Under the pieces are notes generated by a model. It was not told where the DNA came from, searched no databases, and saw nothing but the letters and a program-made list of their open reading frames with translations. 64,000 bases of DNA, taken from the IMG/VR virus record IMGVR_UViG_3300028666_000028, positions 20,868 to 84,867 of that record; one strand, given 5' to 3'. Position numbers and translations under genes: made by a program. Position 1 is the stretch's first letter; every line of letters starts with the position of its first letter. Below, piece by piece: positions 54,213 through 63,402 of the stretch. The DNA comes from a virus (lineage: Duplodnaviria > Heunggongvirae > Uroviricota > Caudoviricetes).

Positions 54213-55038
54213 TTGATTTATCTTTCGGTGTTAATGTGATAAATGGTAAAGATCCATTTCCACCTAGGAACTGAGGAAATTCGCCATTCCATTTTTCAAT
54301 AGCTTGTTTTTGAAGCAATTGAGGAGTAATAGTAGATCTCAAAAGTTCTTGAGCATGTGCTTGAGCCTTGGCCATAGTTTCTAGAGCTTCAGCTTCACCT
54401 TTAGCTTTGTTAACGGCAGACTTGGCTACTTGGGCAGCTTGCATAGCCTCATAACCAGCTTGTTGTGAACGTTGTTCAGCAATCTGTTTAGCTTCTACTG
54501 CTCTATTAAATTCCTCAGTAAAGTTAAGATTAACTAAAGAAATATCATTAACAATAATATCATACTTAGTAAGACGTGCAATTAGCATATCATCAATTTC
54601 TTGTTTAAGCTCAAGTCGTTTAGTGAGGATTTCTTCAGCAGTTCGTTTAGCTGTAGCAGCTTTAAGAACTTCTGCAATTGCTGGGGCAATAATACGTTCA
54701 GCAACAGCTTGTTCGTCACCAATTTGTTGATACAAGTTATTAACAGTCTTAGAATCTACATGCCAGTTAAGAGCAAATGTAGCTGTTACCTTTTGAATAT
54801 CTTTAGAAGCAGCTTCAGCTGAATCTTCTGTCTTTTGTACTCTAACACTAATCTTATGAACGCTGGAAATAATTGGAAGTTTAAAATGAATACCTTCATC
54901 AAGTACTTCTTCTTGAACTTTACCGAAGTGTGTAACAACTCCTCGTTCGCCAGAACCTACAATTGTAAAACTTCCGAATACTAGAACAAGTGCAAGTAAT
55001 GCCCCTGCTCCTTCTAGTGCTAATTTAAGTGGACTCAT
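54193..55038 (-). CDS. SPFH / band-7 / prohibitin-family protein (HflC/K-like, 281 aa)
   Basis: N-terminal transmembrane segment, then the SPFH core (GERGVVTHFGKVQEEVLDEGIHFKLPIISSVHKISVRVQ..., ...AEQRSQQAGYEA...AKGEAEA...), then a Glu/Ala-rich coiled coil. Confidence 0.8.
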   Translation of the reverse strand: MSPLKLALEGAGALLALVLVFGSFTIVGSGERGVVTHFGKVQEEVLDEGIHFKLPIISSVHKISVRVQKTEDSAEAASKDIQKVTATFALNWHVDSKTVNNLYQQIGDEQAVAERIIAPAIAEVLKAATAKRTAEEILTKRLELKQEIDDMLIARLTKYDIIVNDISLVNLNFTEEFNRAVEAKQIAEQRSQQAGYEAMQAAQVAKSAVNKAKGEAEALETMAKAQAHAQELLRSTITPQLLQKQAIEKWNGEFPQFLGGNGSLPFITLTPKDKSNELKSK

Positions 55039-55418
55039 TCATTTTCTCCTTTATACAGATCATTATATTGTTTATATTTTTCGGGATTTGATTCATATTC
55101 AATCAAAAATGCTATGTTACATGCTGCGTGATGAAGATGGGGTTTACCGCTTTCTTTGTCAATCAAGTTACCTTTATAAAATTCATTCATATGTCGTTTA
55201 AGAGAAGCTACTATACGCGAATAGTTAATACCTTTTCTCCAATTGTGACTAGCATACTTTTTTGCACCTAGTGTAAGAATATCACCTACTGCCTCATCTA
55301 AACTTGGAGGGACTAAATCAAGTTGAGGTTTACCTGAATCATATTTTAAACCCTTGTTAAATTCATTAGATGAAATCAAATTAACCCCTTTAAACGCATC
55401 ACTTACGCCATCAGACAT
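55035..55418 (-). CDS. Conserved phage protein (127 aa). Resembles a dATP/dGTP pyrophosphohydrolase N-terminal-type domain
   Basis: DSGKPQLDLVPPSLDEAVGDILTLGAKKYASHNWRKG...GKPHLHHAACNIAFL. From memory this pattern recurs in a small phage-encoded nucleotide pyrophosphohydrolase-associated domain. Unverified. Confidence 0.35.
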   Translation of the reverse strand: MSDGVSDAFKGVNLISSNEFNKGLKYDSGKPQLDLVPPSLDEAVGDILTLGAKKYASHNWRKGINYSRIVASLKRHMNEFYKGNLIDKESGKPHLHHAACNIAFLIEYESNPEKYKQYNDLYKGENE

Positions 55419-55451
55419 GAAAATCTCCTATAAACTTTATAATCTATAATA

Positions 55452-57584
55452 TCATTTTTTGATTAAATTGTCAAGCGCCATCTTATTCCTTTTCAATGCA
55501 TAATTAAGAAAGATAGCTCTATCTATAACTGTATCGAAAGTAGATGTAGTATCATGTAATGATTTAAGTAATCTGCTTCTATCATAATTACCGTCAAAAT
55601 GTTCTACTAATGATAAAGTACCATTTTCCTTATAAAAGAAATAAGCCTTATCACCTTCTTGATACTCGGTATTGGCTATAGCATCTTTAATAACTTTCTC
55701 ATTGGTACGACCTGCTGCCAATACCTTAGAACTAATGGTCTTTTTACTTGACCATCTCTTAATATCCTTTAAGTCCATGATTTCATAGACATATTTATTA
55801 TATACCTCTACAAAATCATATTTACCTTCTAACATTGATCTAAGTAATTCCTTAATGAACTCTTTAAGCGCTGGTTGTTTAGAAGTAGCTTTAACTGCTG
55901 AACCTTTATACTTGACTTCTTTACCATTATAGAGTATGTAGTTCTTAGCTCTAACTACAATGACCCTTGTAAAGTAACCATCATCTTCAAATTTAATCTT
56001 CTCTGGAAACTGTGAATTAATTTCAGATAATAGTTCTTTACGTTCTTGTTCAGGAATATCTCTACTATCTTCATAACAAAATGAAATTGAATCTGTATCT
56101 GCATTACAAATCTTAAAACCTTTATTAGTAGCCCATTCCATTGTTTGATTAAGAATATCTCGGCCAGTCTTAGTAATAAATGCTGCACCTTCTAAATAAT
56201 TAAAGTTATTATGTTTACTTCCCATGAATCCATAAGCAGAGTTAATGAAGATCTTTTGTGAAGCTTGTAGATCATCATAATACTTATCTTTCTTAGCAAG
56301 CTTCTTATTCTTTAATCTCTCTTCAGTGAATGTCTTAACCAGTTGAAGTAGGTACCCCTGTGGGTCTTTGGCCTTATCATAAACTTCATATTGTAGCATA
56401 ATATTTGGATAAAGTGAGGCGATATCTATTTTGTAAACATTACTATATATACCAGGATTACCTATGGAGATAGCACCTTCAAATGCTGCAGACTGTGTAA
56501 CTTTAGGAATACTATGTCCATCTTGTAAGTAAGCCCTATTCATCATGGTATTAATCTGACCCCCTGTGGCCGATTCAATAATATGCTGATAACTTCTGGC
56601 TACAGATTGTGTCATATAAAAGAATGAAGGGCACATTAAATTATAAATATTTAAAGCATCATCTGCATCAAATTCAGCGTAAGCTTTAATCTTAGCCCAT
56701 TCAATTGGATCTTTATACTTATGTCTGATCTGACCGGCATCATAGAACTGTCTATCTGCGACTTCTAAACCTTCCTCTTTAACTATATTCTTTAATCCAT
56801 AGTTTTCATACTTACGACCTACATCATACTTATAGGATAAGAATAGAGTATCAATAACTTCTCGTCCATATACATGAACTTTCTTATATGCATAGAAGTT
56901 ACTGCCATCTTTACGAAACTGACTTTCATAGTTATCAAATGTAAGCGTAGAGTCATTTCTACCTAAAAGTAATTGAACACCGGCTCTATCAGCAATATAT
57001 TGCATATAAGGTAAATCATACAAAACTATATTATGTCCTAGTAGTATAGATGGATCTTTTTCTCTCACCCAATCACACCATGCCTTTAATAGTTCACCTT
57101 CATCTTCATATTGATCATAGCAAAATGTTTTACGTTCAATCTTACCTAATTTACTAAAGGTATTAGAAATAATTAGAATCTTAGCTGATTCATCATGATT
57201 CAATGAAGTTGATTCAATGTCAAAAGCTAATGTACTAACTTCAGTATGTTTTAAACCTTTAAAATATGTTATACCATCCCGCACCATTGCAGACTCTTTA
57301 GGGTTCCATATACTAAAGCTATCTTCTGATTTGAATCTATGTCTATCACCTGAGAAAGATCTACGGTTATTATAAGTTTTTATCCATTTATAATGAAGAT
57401 TGCCTTGTAAAGGTCTAAAGTAAGGATCTAAACATTTATCAGCTAGTAGCCAATATTGATTAGGAAGTATTTCAGTTCCAATGAATCCATCAGGATATTC
57501 AATGAAGACTTCTATACCGTCATCTGTAGGTTCAATACTGACGACTCTCTCAAGTTGATTTTTACCGTGTAAAAGTTTATTCAT
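55452..57584 (-). CDS. Family B DNA polymerase (710 aa)
   Basis: Exo I is LAFDIESTSL. Motif A is DIASLYPNIML (DxxSLYPS). Motif B is KIFINSAYGFMG (KxxxNSxYG). Motif C is NADTDSI (DTDS). Confidence 0.9.
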   Translation of the reverse strand: MNKLLHGKNQLERVVSIEPTDDGIEVFIEYPDGFIGTEILPNQYWLLADKCLDPYFRPLQGNLHYKWIKTYNNRRSFSGDRHRFKSEDSFSIWNPKESAMVRDGITYFKGLKHTEVSTLAFDIESTSLNHDESAKILIISNTFSKLGKIERKTFCYDQYEDEGELLKAWCDWVREKDPSILLGHNIVLYDLPYMQYIADRAGVQLLLGRNDSTLTFDNYESQFRKDGSNFYAYKKVHVYGREVIDTLFLSYKYDVGRKYENYGLKNIVKEEGLEVADRQFYDAGQIRHKYKDPIEWAKIKAYAEFDADDALNIYNLMCPSFFYMTQSVARSYQHIIESATGGQINTMMNRAYLQDGHSIPKVTQSAAFEGAISIGNPGIYSNVYKIDIASLYPNIMLQYEVYDKAKDPQGYLLQLVKTFTEERLKNKKLAKKDKYYDDLQASQKIFINSAYGFMGSKHNNFNYLEGAAFITKTGRDILNQTMEWATNKGFKICNADTDSISFCYEDSRDIPEQERKELLSEINSQFPEKIKFEDDGYFTRVIVVRAKNYILYNGKEVKYKGSAVKATSKQPALKEFIKELLRSMLEGKYDFVEVYNKYVYEIMDLKDIKRWSSKKTISSKVLAAGRTNEKVIKDAIANTEYQEGDKAYFFYKENGTLSLVEHFDGNYDRSRLLKSLHDTTSTFDTVIDRAIFLNYALKRNKMALDNLIKK

Positions 57585-57736
57585 ATGCTCTTTAAACCAA
57601 CTAACTTTCCAAATTCTTCTTTATCAATAAGTCCACAAGTCAAAAGTTCTATAGCTGAATGATATCTTCCATAAAGTACTAAAGTCTCTATATGTCCTGT
57701 ATAAATATACCCTAATTGTTTAGCTAACTCAATCAT
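57581..57736 (-). CDS. Small protein (51 aa) between the helicase and polymerase genes. MNEL-family-like N-terminus
   Basis: MIELAKQLGYIYTGH... The stop TGA overlaps the polymerase ATG (ATGA). Below the ORF-track cutoff. Confidence 0.3.
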   Translation of the reverse strand: MIELAKQLGYIYTGHIETLVLYGRYHSAIELLTCGLIDKEEFGKLVGLKSI

Positions 57737-59522
57737 TGTCTTTTTTATCTTCTACTAGTTTAAGTATACGTTTGTAATTATCTCTAGCTTTTGGACTCCC
57801 CTTATATTGAGTAGCTTCCTTCTTATCATCTGCCTTACGTAATTGATTTGCTAGCTCATTCATTTTATGGAACTCATCTTCCTCAAGTTGATTAAGGGCT
57901 CTAAAATCTCCAGTCGCCAGATCATAATATAAATGATGACGAGTATAAACTCTTGTTAAGTCATTAAGTCCTACTTCTCTAATTTTACTATACTGCCATG
58001 CAGTTGCAGTTAAAAATGTCTGATCCTGTACCCTCTTCAATGGTTGCCATACCGTTATAATGTAATCACAGAACCAGGCGAATTGCGCAGCGCCATATGC
58101 AGCATTAATACCCATTGGGGTATCACCATGTCCAGCTCTTTCAATAGTACTCTGGTTTTGAATAATCAAAAAGCAATTTAAATGTTCCGCAACTACTTTC
58201 ATTAGTCTGCACATTTCTTTAACACTAATAGTTTTATTTTTACCTCTGCCAGAGTTCACATCTGTAGACACATCGAAGTTAGGTTCTTTAGTTGTATCGA
58301 TTTTATCTGATAATGCCATAAAGTGGTCAATGATTATAGCACCTACTTTTTTATTCTCTTGTTTACAAGTATCTTGTACAAACTTAACAATGTGTTGCCA
58401 AGTGATGCGCTCATCTGCGTTCTTATTGTCTATAACATATAATCTTGCACTATCTTTACTCTTCTTACCTACAAGTTTAGTCCAGCGTTTGATAATCTGT
58501 CTAGCAGGCATTTCAAGACTAAAGAAGAAATGTATGTCATCATTATCAGTATTGTTATGAATAATATCCTTGATCATCTTCATAGACACGGCAGACTTAC
58601 CTGTACCTGAGCCTGCAACAACTCCTATTACATCTCCCTTACGCCATTTCTCTTCTGTAACATCTAGAAAGTCAGGACCTCTAATCTCTTCATTTCTTTT
58701 ATATAGATCAGGGTCATCTTCTAAGTCATATATACTAGATGCAATATATTCTCGTTTTTCCGATAATCCTCTAGGATCATGCTTTGGATCATTACTAAAT
58801 GCTGATTTAATAGTTCTATCTAATTCACTTTCAGAAAAATCTCCATCTAAACAAGGAGACTTTGAAAGTTTATCAATAGTTTCTTCTATATTGTAACCTT
58901 GTTCTTGAAAATCTTTAGCAGCTTTAAAGCATGCAATATTACGTTGACCTGGCATAGCACCATTAACTATGAACTCCATAGTAGCTCTGGATAGTTTACC
59001 TTTAGTCAGTTTAAGTTCTAACTTAGGTTTTTCAAAGTATACTGGCATAATGTTATCCAGTACTGGGTCAAGGGATCTACCTTTATTTTCACAAACATAA
59101 GATTTAGATTTATAATAAAAACGACCGAAGTCTTTACATTGTTTATCAATGAATGAAAATTTATTAGATAAGCTATACCATGTATTTTTATAAATTTCTT
59201 GATCTTTGATAGTAGAACTAAGTGGAAGTATAACTCTAAATCTATCTACAATCTTACTGTTCTTTTCAATCTGATGTGACTTAGAAGTTTGAATTAAATA
59301 TGTATACTCTTTAAATAATACTTTGGCTTCTTCAATGGTACAACCGTCATCGATATCAAGTACCATTAGATCACAAGATGCCCAACTAGTCCCATGACGA
59401 TAGCTATCTTTAAAAGTGAATGGACTCCAGTCATACTTTAAAGCAAAGTCAGATAGTTCTTTTATATTATCTAATTTCTGTTCATGAGCCTGAGTGATAT
59501 TGATAATCCTTGATACGAACAT
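57729..59522 (-). CDS. Primase-helicase (597 aa) with a C-terminal DnaB-family hexameric helicase domain
   Basis: Walker A is VVAGSGTGKSAVS. DnaB H1a-type motif FFSLEMPARQ. Walker B is GAIIIDHF. The N-terminal ~300 aa is a separate putative primase domain. Confidence 0.75.
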   Translation of the reverse strand: MFVSRIINITQAHEQKLDNIKELSDFALKYDWSPFTFKDSYRHGTSWASCDLMVLDIDDGCTIEEAKVLFKEYTYLIQTSKSHQIEKNSKIVDRFRVILPLSSTIKDQEIYKNTWYSLSNKFSFIDKQCKDFGRFYYKSKSYVCENKGRSLDPVLDNIMPVYFEKPKLELKLTKGKLSRATMEFIVNGAMPGQRNIACFKAAKDFQEQGYNIEETIDKLSKSPCLDGDFSESELDRTIKSAFSNDPKHDPRGLSEKREYIASSIYDLEDDPDLYKRNEEIRGPDFLDVTEEKWRKGDVIGVVAGSGTGKSAVSMKMIKDIIHNNTDNDDIHFFFSLEMPARQIIKRWTKLVGKKSKDSARLYVIDNKNADERITWQHIVKFVQDTCKQENKKVGAIIIDHFMALSDKIDTTKEPNFDVSTDVNSGRGKNKTISVKEMCRLMKVVAEHLNCFLIIQNQSTIERAGHGDTPMGINAAYGAAQFAWFCDYIITVWQPLKRVQDQTFLTATAWQYSKIREVGLNDLTRVYTRHHLYYDLATGDFRALNQLEEDEFHKMNELANQLRKADDKKEATQYKGSPKARDNYKRILKLVEDKKDND

Positions 59523-59593
59523 GAATCCTCCACAAAAGAAAAAATGAGCAGTTTAATTACACATACTCAGGTGTATCTATTGCGATATAGAGA

Positions 59594-59667
59594 TGGTAGC
59601 GCGGCATGGAATTGAACCATGCTCTCAAGGTTATGAACCTCGTGTGTTACCTATACACCACCGCGCA
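59594..59667 (-). tRNA. tRNA with anticodon CAT (Met or Ile2-type), 74 nt, CCA encoded
   Basis: Manual fold. Acceptor GCGCGG/CCGCGC with a 1:72 T-T mismatch. D-stem GTGT/ACAC. Anticodon stem CGAGG/CCTTG with loop TTCATAA. Variable loop AGAG. T-arm CATGG-TTCAATT-CCATG. Discriminator A plus CCA. Confidence 0.8.
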
Positions 59668-59673
59668 ACTTTA

Positions 59674-60117
59674 TTACTTTCGAGAACGATTAGCAAACTT
59701 ACTAGACTTTGAAGCACTTGTACCTTCATTGTCTGAAGATTCTGATTTTTCTCCTTCAAGAGCACTTGCTGCATCTTCTGCAGTTACAACGTCATCTGCA
59801 TCTTGAGCTACTAGAAATACTGGAACTTGTCGGAAGTTTCCATCTTGATCTCTAGACTTAGTACTTTGACGTGTACCACTACGAGTAATCTTTGTATAAG
59901 CATTAAGCGTAACGTTACCGTCATCAATTTCTTGTTCGATATAAGCTAGATTACCATTTGGGAAAAGGGTTTCTACTTTACCATCTTTACTCAAAAGTTT
60001 AATAGCGAAATTAAACTTTGTTTCTGCGATACCGATTAGATATCCTTCTACTGATTCACCTACTGCTAGATCACCAGCCTTACGACCTGTTGACCCCATC
60101 TTTGTTACTAGTGCCAT
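59674..60117 (-). CDS. Hypothetical protein (147 aa), possible ssDNA-binding or accessory replication protein
   Basis: ORF with GGAG ribosome binding site. Acidic, Ser-rich C-terminal tail. Assignment unverified. Confidence 0.4.
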   Translation of the reverse strand: MALVTKMGSTGRKAGDLAVGESVEGYLIGIAETKFNFAIKLLSKDGKVETLFPNGNLAYIEQEIDDGNVTLNAYTKITRSGTRQSTKSRDQDGNFRQVPVFLVAQDADDVVTAEDAASALEGEKSESSDNEGTSASKSSKFANRSRK

Positions 60118-60178
60118 ATTTTCTCCTAATATTAGTTATCGTTTATGTATACAATTATACCCTGTTAGGTATAAAAAG

Positions 60179-60313
60179 TCAATCATGATGTAATATAAAA
60201 AAGTATATAATAAAGAAATAAATAAACCAAGCAAGTGCATATGTTAGTAATGCACCTCCTAATAGACTTACCACTTTCCAATATCCTTTTAACATTGTTT
60301 TCAAATATTTCAT
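60179..60313 (-). CDS. Small hydrophobic peptide (about 44 aa)
   Basis: MKYLKTMLKGYWKVVSLLGGALLTYALAWFIYFFIIYFF. The ATG overlaps the exonuclease TGA (ATGA). Below the ORF-track cutoff. Confidence 0.25.
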   Translation of the reverse strand: MKYLKTMLKGYWKVVSLLGGALLTYALAWFIYFFIIYFFILHHD

Positions 60314-61089
60314 ACCTTTAATGAACCTTTCTTCTCTTTAGATAGTAAATTCTTTCTATCTTTAGCTTCAGATCCGCAATCAAGACATACATAACGTTGA
60401 TATTTACCAACACTTGTATATTTAAACCCATTCTTCTTTAAATTGCAACTTCCACAAGCGCATATATTATCTAAACTATCTGAATATACGTTAAAGTTAA
60501 TTGAACTATCCCATGGTTGTAGCTTATTATATAATTCTTCTAAAGATAATACATCGTATTTATTATACTTTTCCATTTCTTTCCAAGCTGATAGATTACC
60601 CTTAAGACATTCCTTCCATAATTCAAATCCTGAGAACTTGTTATGTTTAAGCTTCTTATACTTAGTACAGAGCTTATCTGTCATATATTCTAGTTTGTTA
60701 CTTGTGAATGCGAACTTCTTACTTGCTATAAGTTTAGTATCAATATGCTTATAGGAACTAGGAGGCTTCATTCCATTTAGAATGAATCTAGCATTAAGTT
60801 TCTTCTCATCAAATGATTTACCATTCTGGGTAATTACAATATCAGCTTCATCTAGAAGCTTCCAGATACCTTTAAGGATTTCTTTATCATCTTCTACATT
60901 CTTAGCTTTGCGTTGATCCATGTACATTATCTTAGATGGCTTATCTCCAAGCCATTTAGCTGACCATGCTAGTACATGCCAGTCAGACTTAATCATATTC
61001 AAGTTAACATTTTGATCCCATAGACCCCATACACTTGCAATGATAGGAGCAGTCTCAATATCATATACTAATATCTTAGGTTTACTCAT
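60310..61089 (-). CDS. DEDD-family 3'-5' exonuclease with a C-terminal zinc ribbon (259 aa)
   Basis: Exo I is ILVYDIETAP. Exo II is ITQNGKSFDEKKLNARF. Exo III is YNKYDVLSLEELY. C-terminal CACGSC...CLDCG. Confidence 0.6.
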   Translation of the reverse strand: MSKPKILVYDIETAPIIASVWGLWDQNVNLNMIKSDWHVLAWSAKWLGDKPSKIMYMDQRKAKNVEDDKEILKGIWKLLDEADIVITQNGKSFDEKKLNARFILNGMKPPSSYKHIDTKLIASKKFAFTSNKLEYMTDKLCTKYKKLKHNKFSGFELWKECLKGNLSAWKEMEKYNKYDVLSLEELYNKLQPWDSSINFNVYSDSLDNICACGSCNLKKNGFKYTSVGKYQRYVCLDCGSEAKDRKNLLSKEKKGSLKV

Positions 61090-61349
61090 TTATCCTTCTT
61101 TCTGTCTTTCTTGATTTTATCCTCTGGATTACCCATGATAACTTCTGTTCGTCCATCATGGCCATTAATAGATTTAACATCTTCAATGTTATCGAACATA
61201 TTCCAGCTAACATGATTAGATGCAATCCACTCTAGAAACACTTGACCGGAAGGGAATATAGCACCCATAGCTACTACTCCTATACCAGATGTACCAGTTA
61301 GATCTTCTTTACGCAATAGGTAAAATGGCTTTACTTTATCGCCTTTCAT
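61086..61349 (-). CDS. Hypothetical protein (87 aa)
   Basis: ORF. Start and stop coupled to neighbours (ATGA). Confidence 0.4.
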   Translation of the reverse strand: MKGDKVKPFYLLRKEDLTGTSGIGVVAMGAIFPSGQVFLEWIASNHVSWNMFDNIEDVKSINGHDGRTEVIMGNPEDKIKKDRKKDK

Positions 61350-61882
61350 TATCCTTTATCCTTTTGTTTATCATCAAACTCTTTTTTAAGCTTCTCTGTT
61401 AATGATTGAGTGTTATGAGGCTTTCTAAGTTCTTTAAGAAGCTTAGTAACTCCAGACTTTAAACCTAGCTCTGTAGCTATATCTATAACAATCTCTTTTT
61501 CAGCTTCTAAGATATCCAAAAGCTTAGCTGGTAAAGTTCCAGCAACTAACTGTTGTTCCTGTAGAACACAAACTAGATCCAACTTATCACACATTTTACC
61601 TAACTTCTTTTGTTTAGGATCTTCAAAATGAGGTCTAACATGTTCAAATAGTTCCATACCTTGTAGATGTTTCTTAATAGGACTAGGTATATCTGAAGTC
61701 AAAGCCTCTTCAAGATCATGATACATCATAGGAATGATTTCAGTGCCACCAAAGTATATATAAAGTGAAACTGCTCTGAGTGAGTGATTAGCTACATTAT
61801 CCTCTTCAAGGATATGATGCGTTTGAAAACGTCTAATCCGATGCAAATTTTGTGCAAGTCTAAGTTGATCTAAATTAAGCAT
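61349..61882 (-). CDS. HD-domain phosphohydrolase (YfbR-like 5'-deoxynucleotidase, 177 aa)
   Basis: H...NHSLRAV (His), then MYHDLEEALTSDIPSP (HD...E..T.D), the HD-domain metal ligands in YfbR order. Confidence 0.6.
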   Translation of the reverse strand: MLNLDQLRLAQNLHRIRRFQTHHILEEDNVANHSLRAVSLYIYFGGTEIIPMMYHDLEEALTSDIPSPIKKHLQGMELFEHVRPHFEDPKQKKLGKMCDKLDLVCVLQEQQLVAGTLPAKLLDILEAEKEIVIDIATELGLKSGVTKLLKELRKPHNTQSLTEKLKKEFDDKQKDKG

Positions 61883-62077
61883 TTATATATCCTCTACTTG
61901 TGTTTTACCACATGATTTACATACTCTTTTTTGAGCATCTTGTTGACCTTGCAACAAATTCCCGGTTACTCTACAATGTCTTTTGACATTTAACACAATT
62001 GGAGTCCACTTAGTCCATTCATGTCTAGTTCCATCTTCATGATCACTACTTCCAAATAGATCTTCTAAAAATCCCAT
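61883..62077 (-). CDS. Small zinc-ribbon protein (64 aa)
   Basis: HCRVTGN...CKSCGK, a CxxxxG/CxxC pair. Confidence 0.35.
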   Translation of the reverse strand: MGFLEDLFGSSDHEDGTRHEWTKWTPIVLNVKRHCRVTGNLLQGQQDAQKRVCKSCGKTQVEDI

Positions 62078-62084
62078 ATTCCCT

Positions 62085-63038
62085 CTAATCTGTATTGTAT
62101 TGTTCTACAGTATTATCAAATTGATTCTTAACTAAATGTTCTTTATAGAATTCAGGTAGTCCACTAACTGATGCTCTAAGTATCTTATCAATAGCCCAGT
62201 TATACAATTCTTGTTTAATCTCTTCAGCACACTCAGTTTTAATATCTTCTTGTACTTCTTTAATCAAAGTTCCAATGTCTCTTGGACTATCAGTTAGTAG
62301 TCCTTTCTCTTTAAGATGAATGATAGCTTTATTCCATCTAGGTGCTGCAGTATATTTAGCTTTAAGTAATTCTAGAATATCTGCTTTACCGGGATTACTT
62401 GCCTTCCATTCACCTTTATGAACTTCCTTAAATGCTTCTGATACATGTTTAGCCATGAGGACTTTCTTATCACGGCCAAACTTATTGTAATTCTTTAGTA
62501 CAACGCCTTCAATCTTCTGTCCGCCTAGGACTGAAGTGTTATCCATGAGTTTAAGGAACTGTTCAGGAGTAGTAATCATTCCTTCAAATAGTTTAGGAAC
62601 TACTTCGAGCCCGAGCCTTTGCGCTTCTTTGGTTTTCTCTTCGTACGAGAGATAGCTTTCTTCTCCATTGTTAATGTCAAATAAAATGATACTATGAGCA
62701 GGGCATCTATCATAAGACAAGGCATTATGCTTTGGTTTTGCAAGAAATTCTCCACGGTAAGTCCAGCCATCAACAAGATTAGGAGCAAGAAGCTTAACAG
62801 TCTCAATGGCTTTAGCAAAAAGCTTTTCAGGTGCATCGATAATGATTTCTTTACCTTTTGAACGTGCTTTAATTTCGCCATTGAATACTCCAAATGAAAA
62901 TTGACTACCATCTATCTTCTCTTCAGCTACCACAGCTTCGTCAAAGAACATATTTAACTCTACACTTCCAACATTCCATATTTTGGGATAGGTATGCCAG
63001 CTAGTTCCCACTGCTTGATTTAATTCAGTTGCATTCAT
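62085..63038 (-). CDS. ATP-dependent nucleic-acid ligase (Rnl2-like RNA/DNA ligase, 317 aa)
   Basis: Motif I is EEKIDGSQFSF (KxDG). WTYRGEF. Motif IV is SIILFDI. Motif V is EGVVLKN. Downstream K (KHVSEAFK). Confidence 0.55.
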   Translation of the reverse strand: MNATELNQAVGTSWHTYPKIWNVGSVELNMFFDEAVVAEEKIDGSQFSFGVFNGEIKARSKGKEIIIDAPEKLFAKAIETVKLLAPNLVDGWTYRGEFLAKPKHNALSYDRCPAHSIILFDINNGEESYLSYEEKTKEAQRLGLEVVPKLFEGMITTPEQFLKLMDNTSVLGGQKIEGVVLKNYNKFGRDKKVLMAKHVSEAFKEVHKGEWKASNPGKADILELLKAKYTAAPRWNKAIIHLKEKGLLTDSPRDIGTLIKEVQEDIKTECAEEIKQELYNWAIDKILRASVSGLPEFYKEHLVKNQFDNTVEQYNTD

Positions 63039-63144
63039 TAACCAACTCCTACTGTAGTTTTAATTCCATCTATAAAATATACGAGTTGACCTTTATTAGT
63101 ATACATTATAATATATGCTTTAGATATTCTATTGTAAAGTAATT

Positions 63145-63375
63145 TCATTTCTTAACTACCTTCAGCTTAGAACGTTTACGAGCCATAGCCTCCAGTTTAT
63201 CTATACAATCATTGATACCTTCATCAACATCATGATAGCTACCGCCAACGGCTTCCTGTAACTTACCTTGTGTTTTAATAACGGTAATCAATACAGTGGC
63301 ATCATCTAGTGTTTCAATAGAGAAACTAGTTCCACCTTTAGAAAGTAATTTAGCTAATCTGTCTTCTGCTTTCAT
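63145..63375 (-). CDS. Hypothetical protein (76 aa)
   Basis: ORF only. Confidence 0.4.
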   Translation of the reverse strand: MKAEDRLAKLLSKGGTSFSIETLDDATVLITVIKTQGKLQEAVGGSYHDVDEGINDCIDKLEAMARKRSKLKVVKK

Positions 63376-63402
63376 TGAAAATCTCCCATTAAACAGAGTA
63401 TA

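Noticed and set aside
59594-59667. tRNA as a phage attachment site, i.e. a temperate lifestyle.
   Set aside because: The window contains no integrase, recombination directionality factor, repressor/Cro pair or duplicated tRNA 3' segment. The gene content is that of a virulent phage.
59606-59806. Plus-strand ORF (66 aa) between the helicase and the next gene.
   Set aside because: It overlaps the minus-strand tRNA and is antisense to 59674..60117. The tRNA fold explains the region.
63086-63114. Good plus-strand sigma70-like promoter (TTGACC-17-TAATAT) pointing antisense into the minus-strand gene 63145..63375.
   Set aside because: In 65% AT DNA such matches arise by chance. There is no plus-strand gene downstream. 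It could still be an antisense or spurious promoter, but there is no support.
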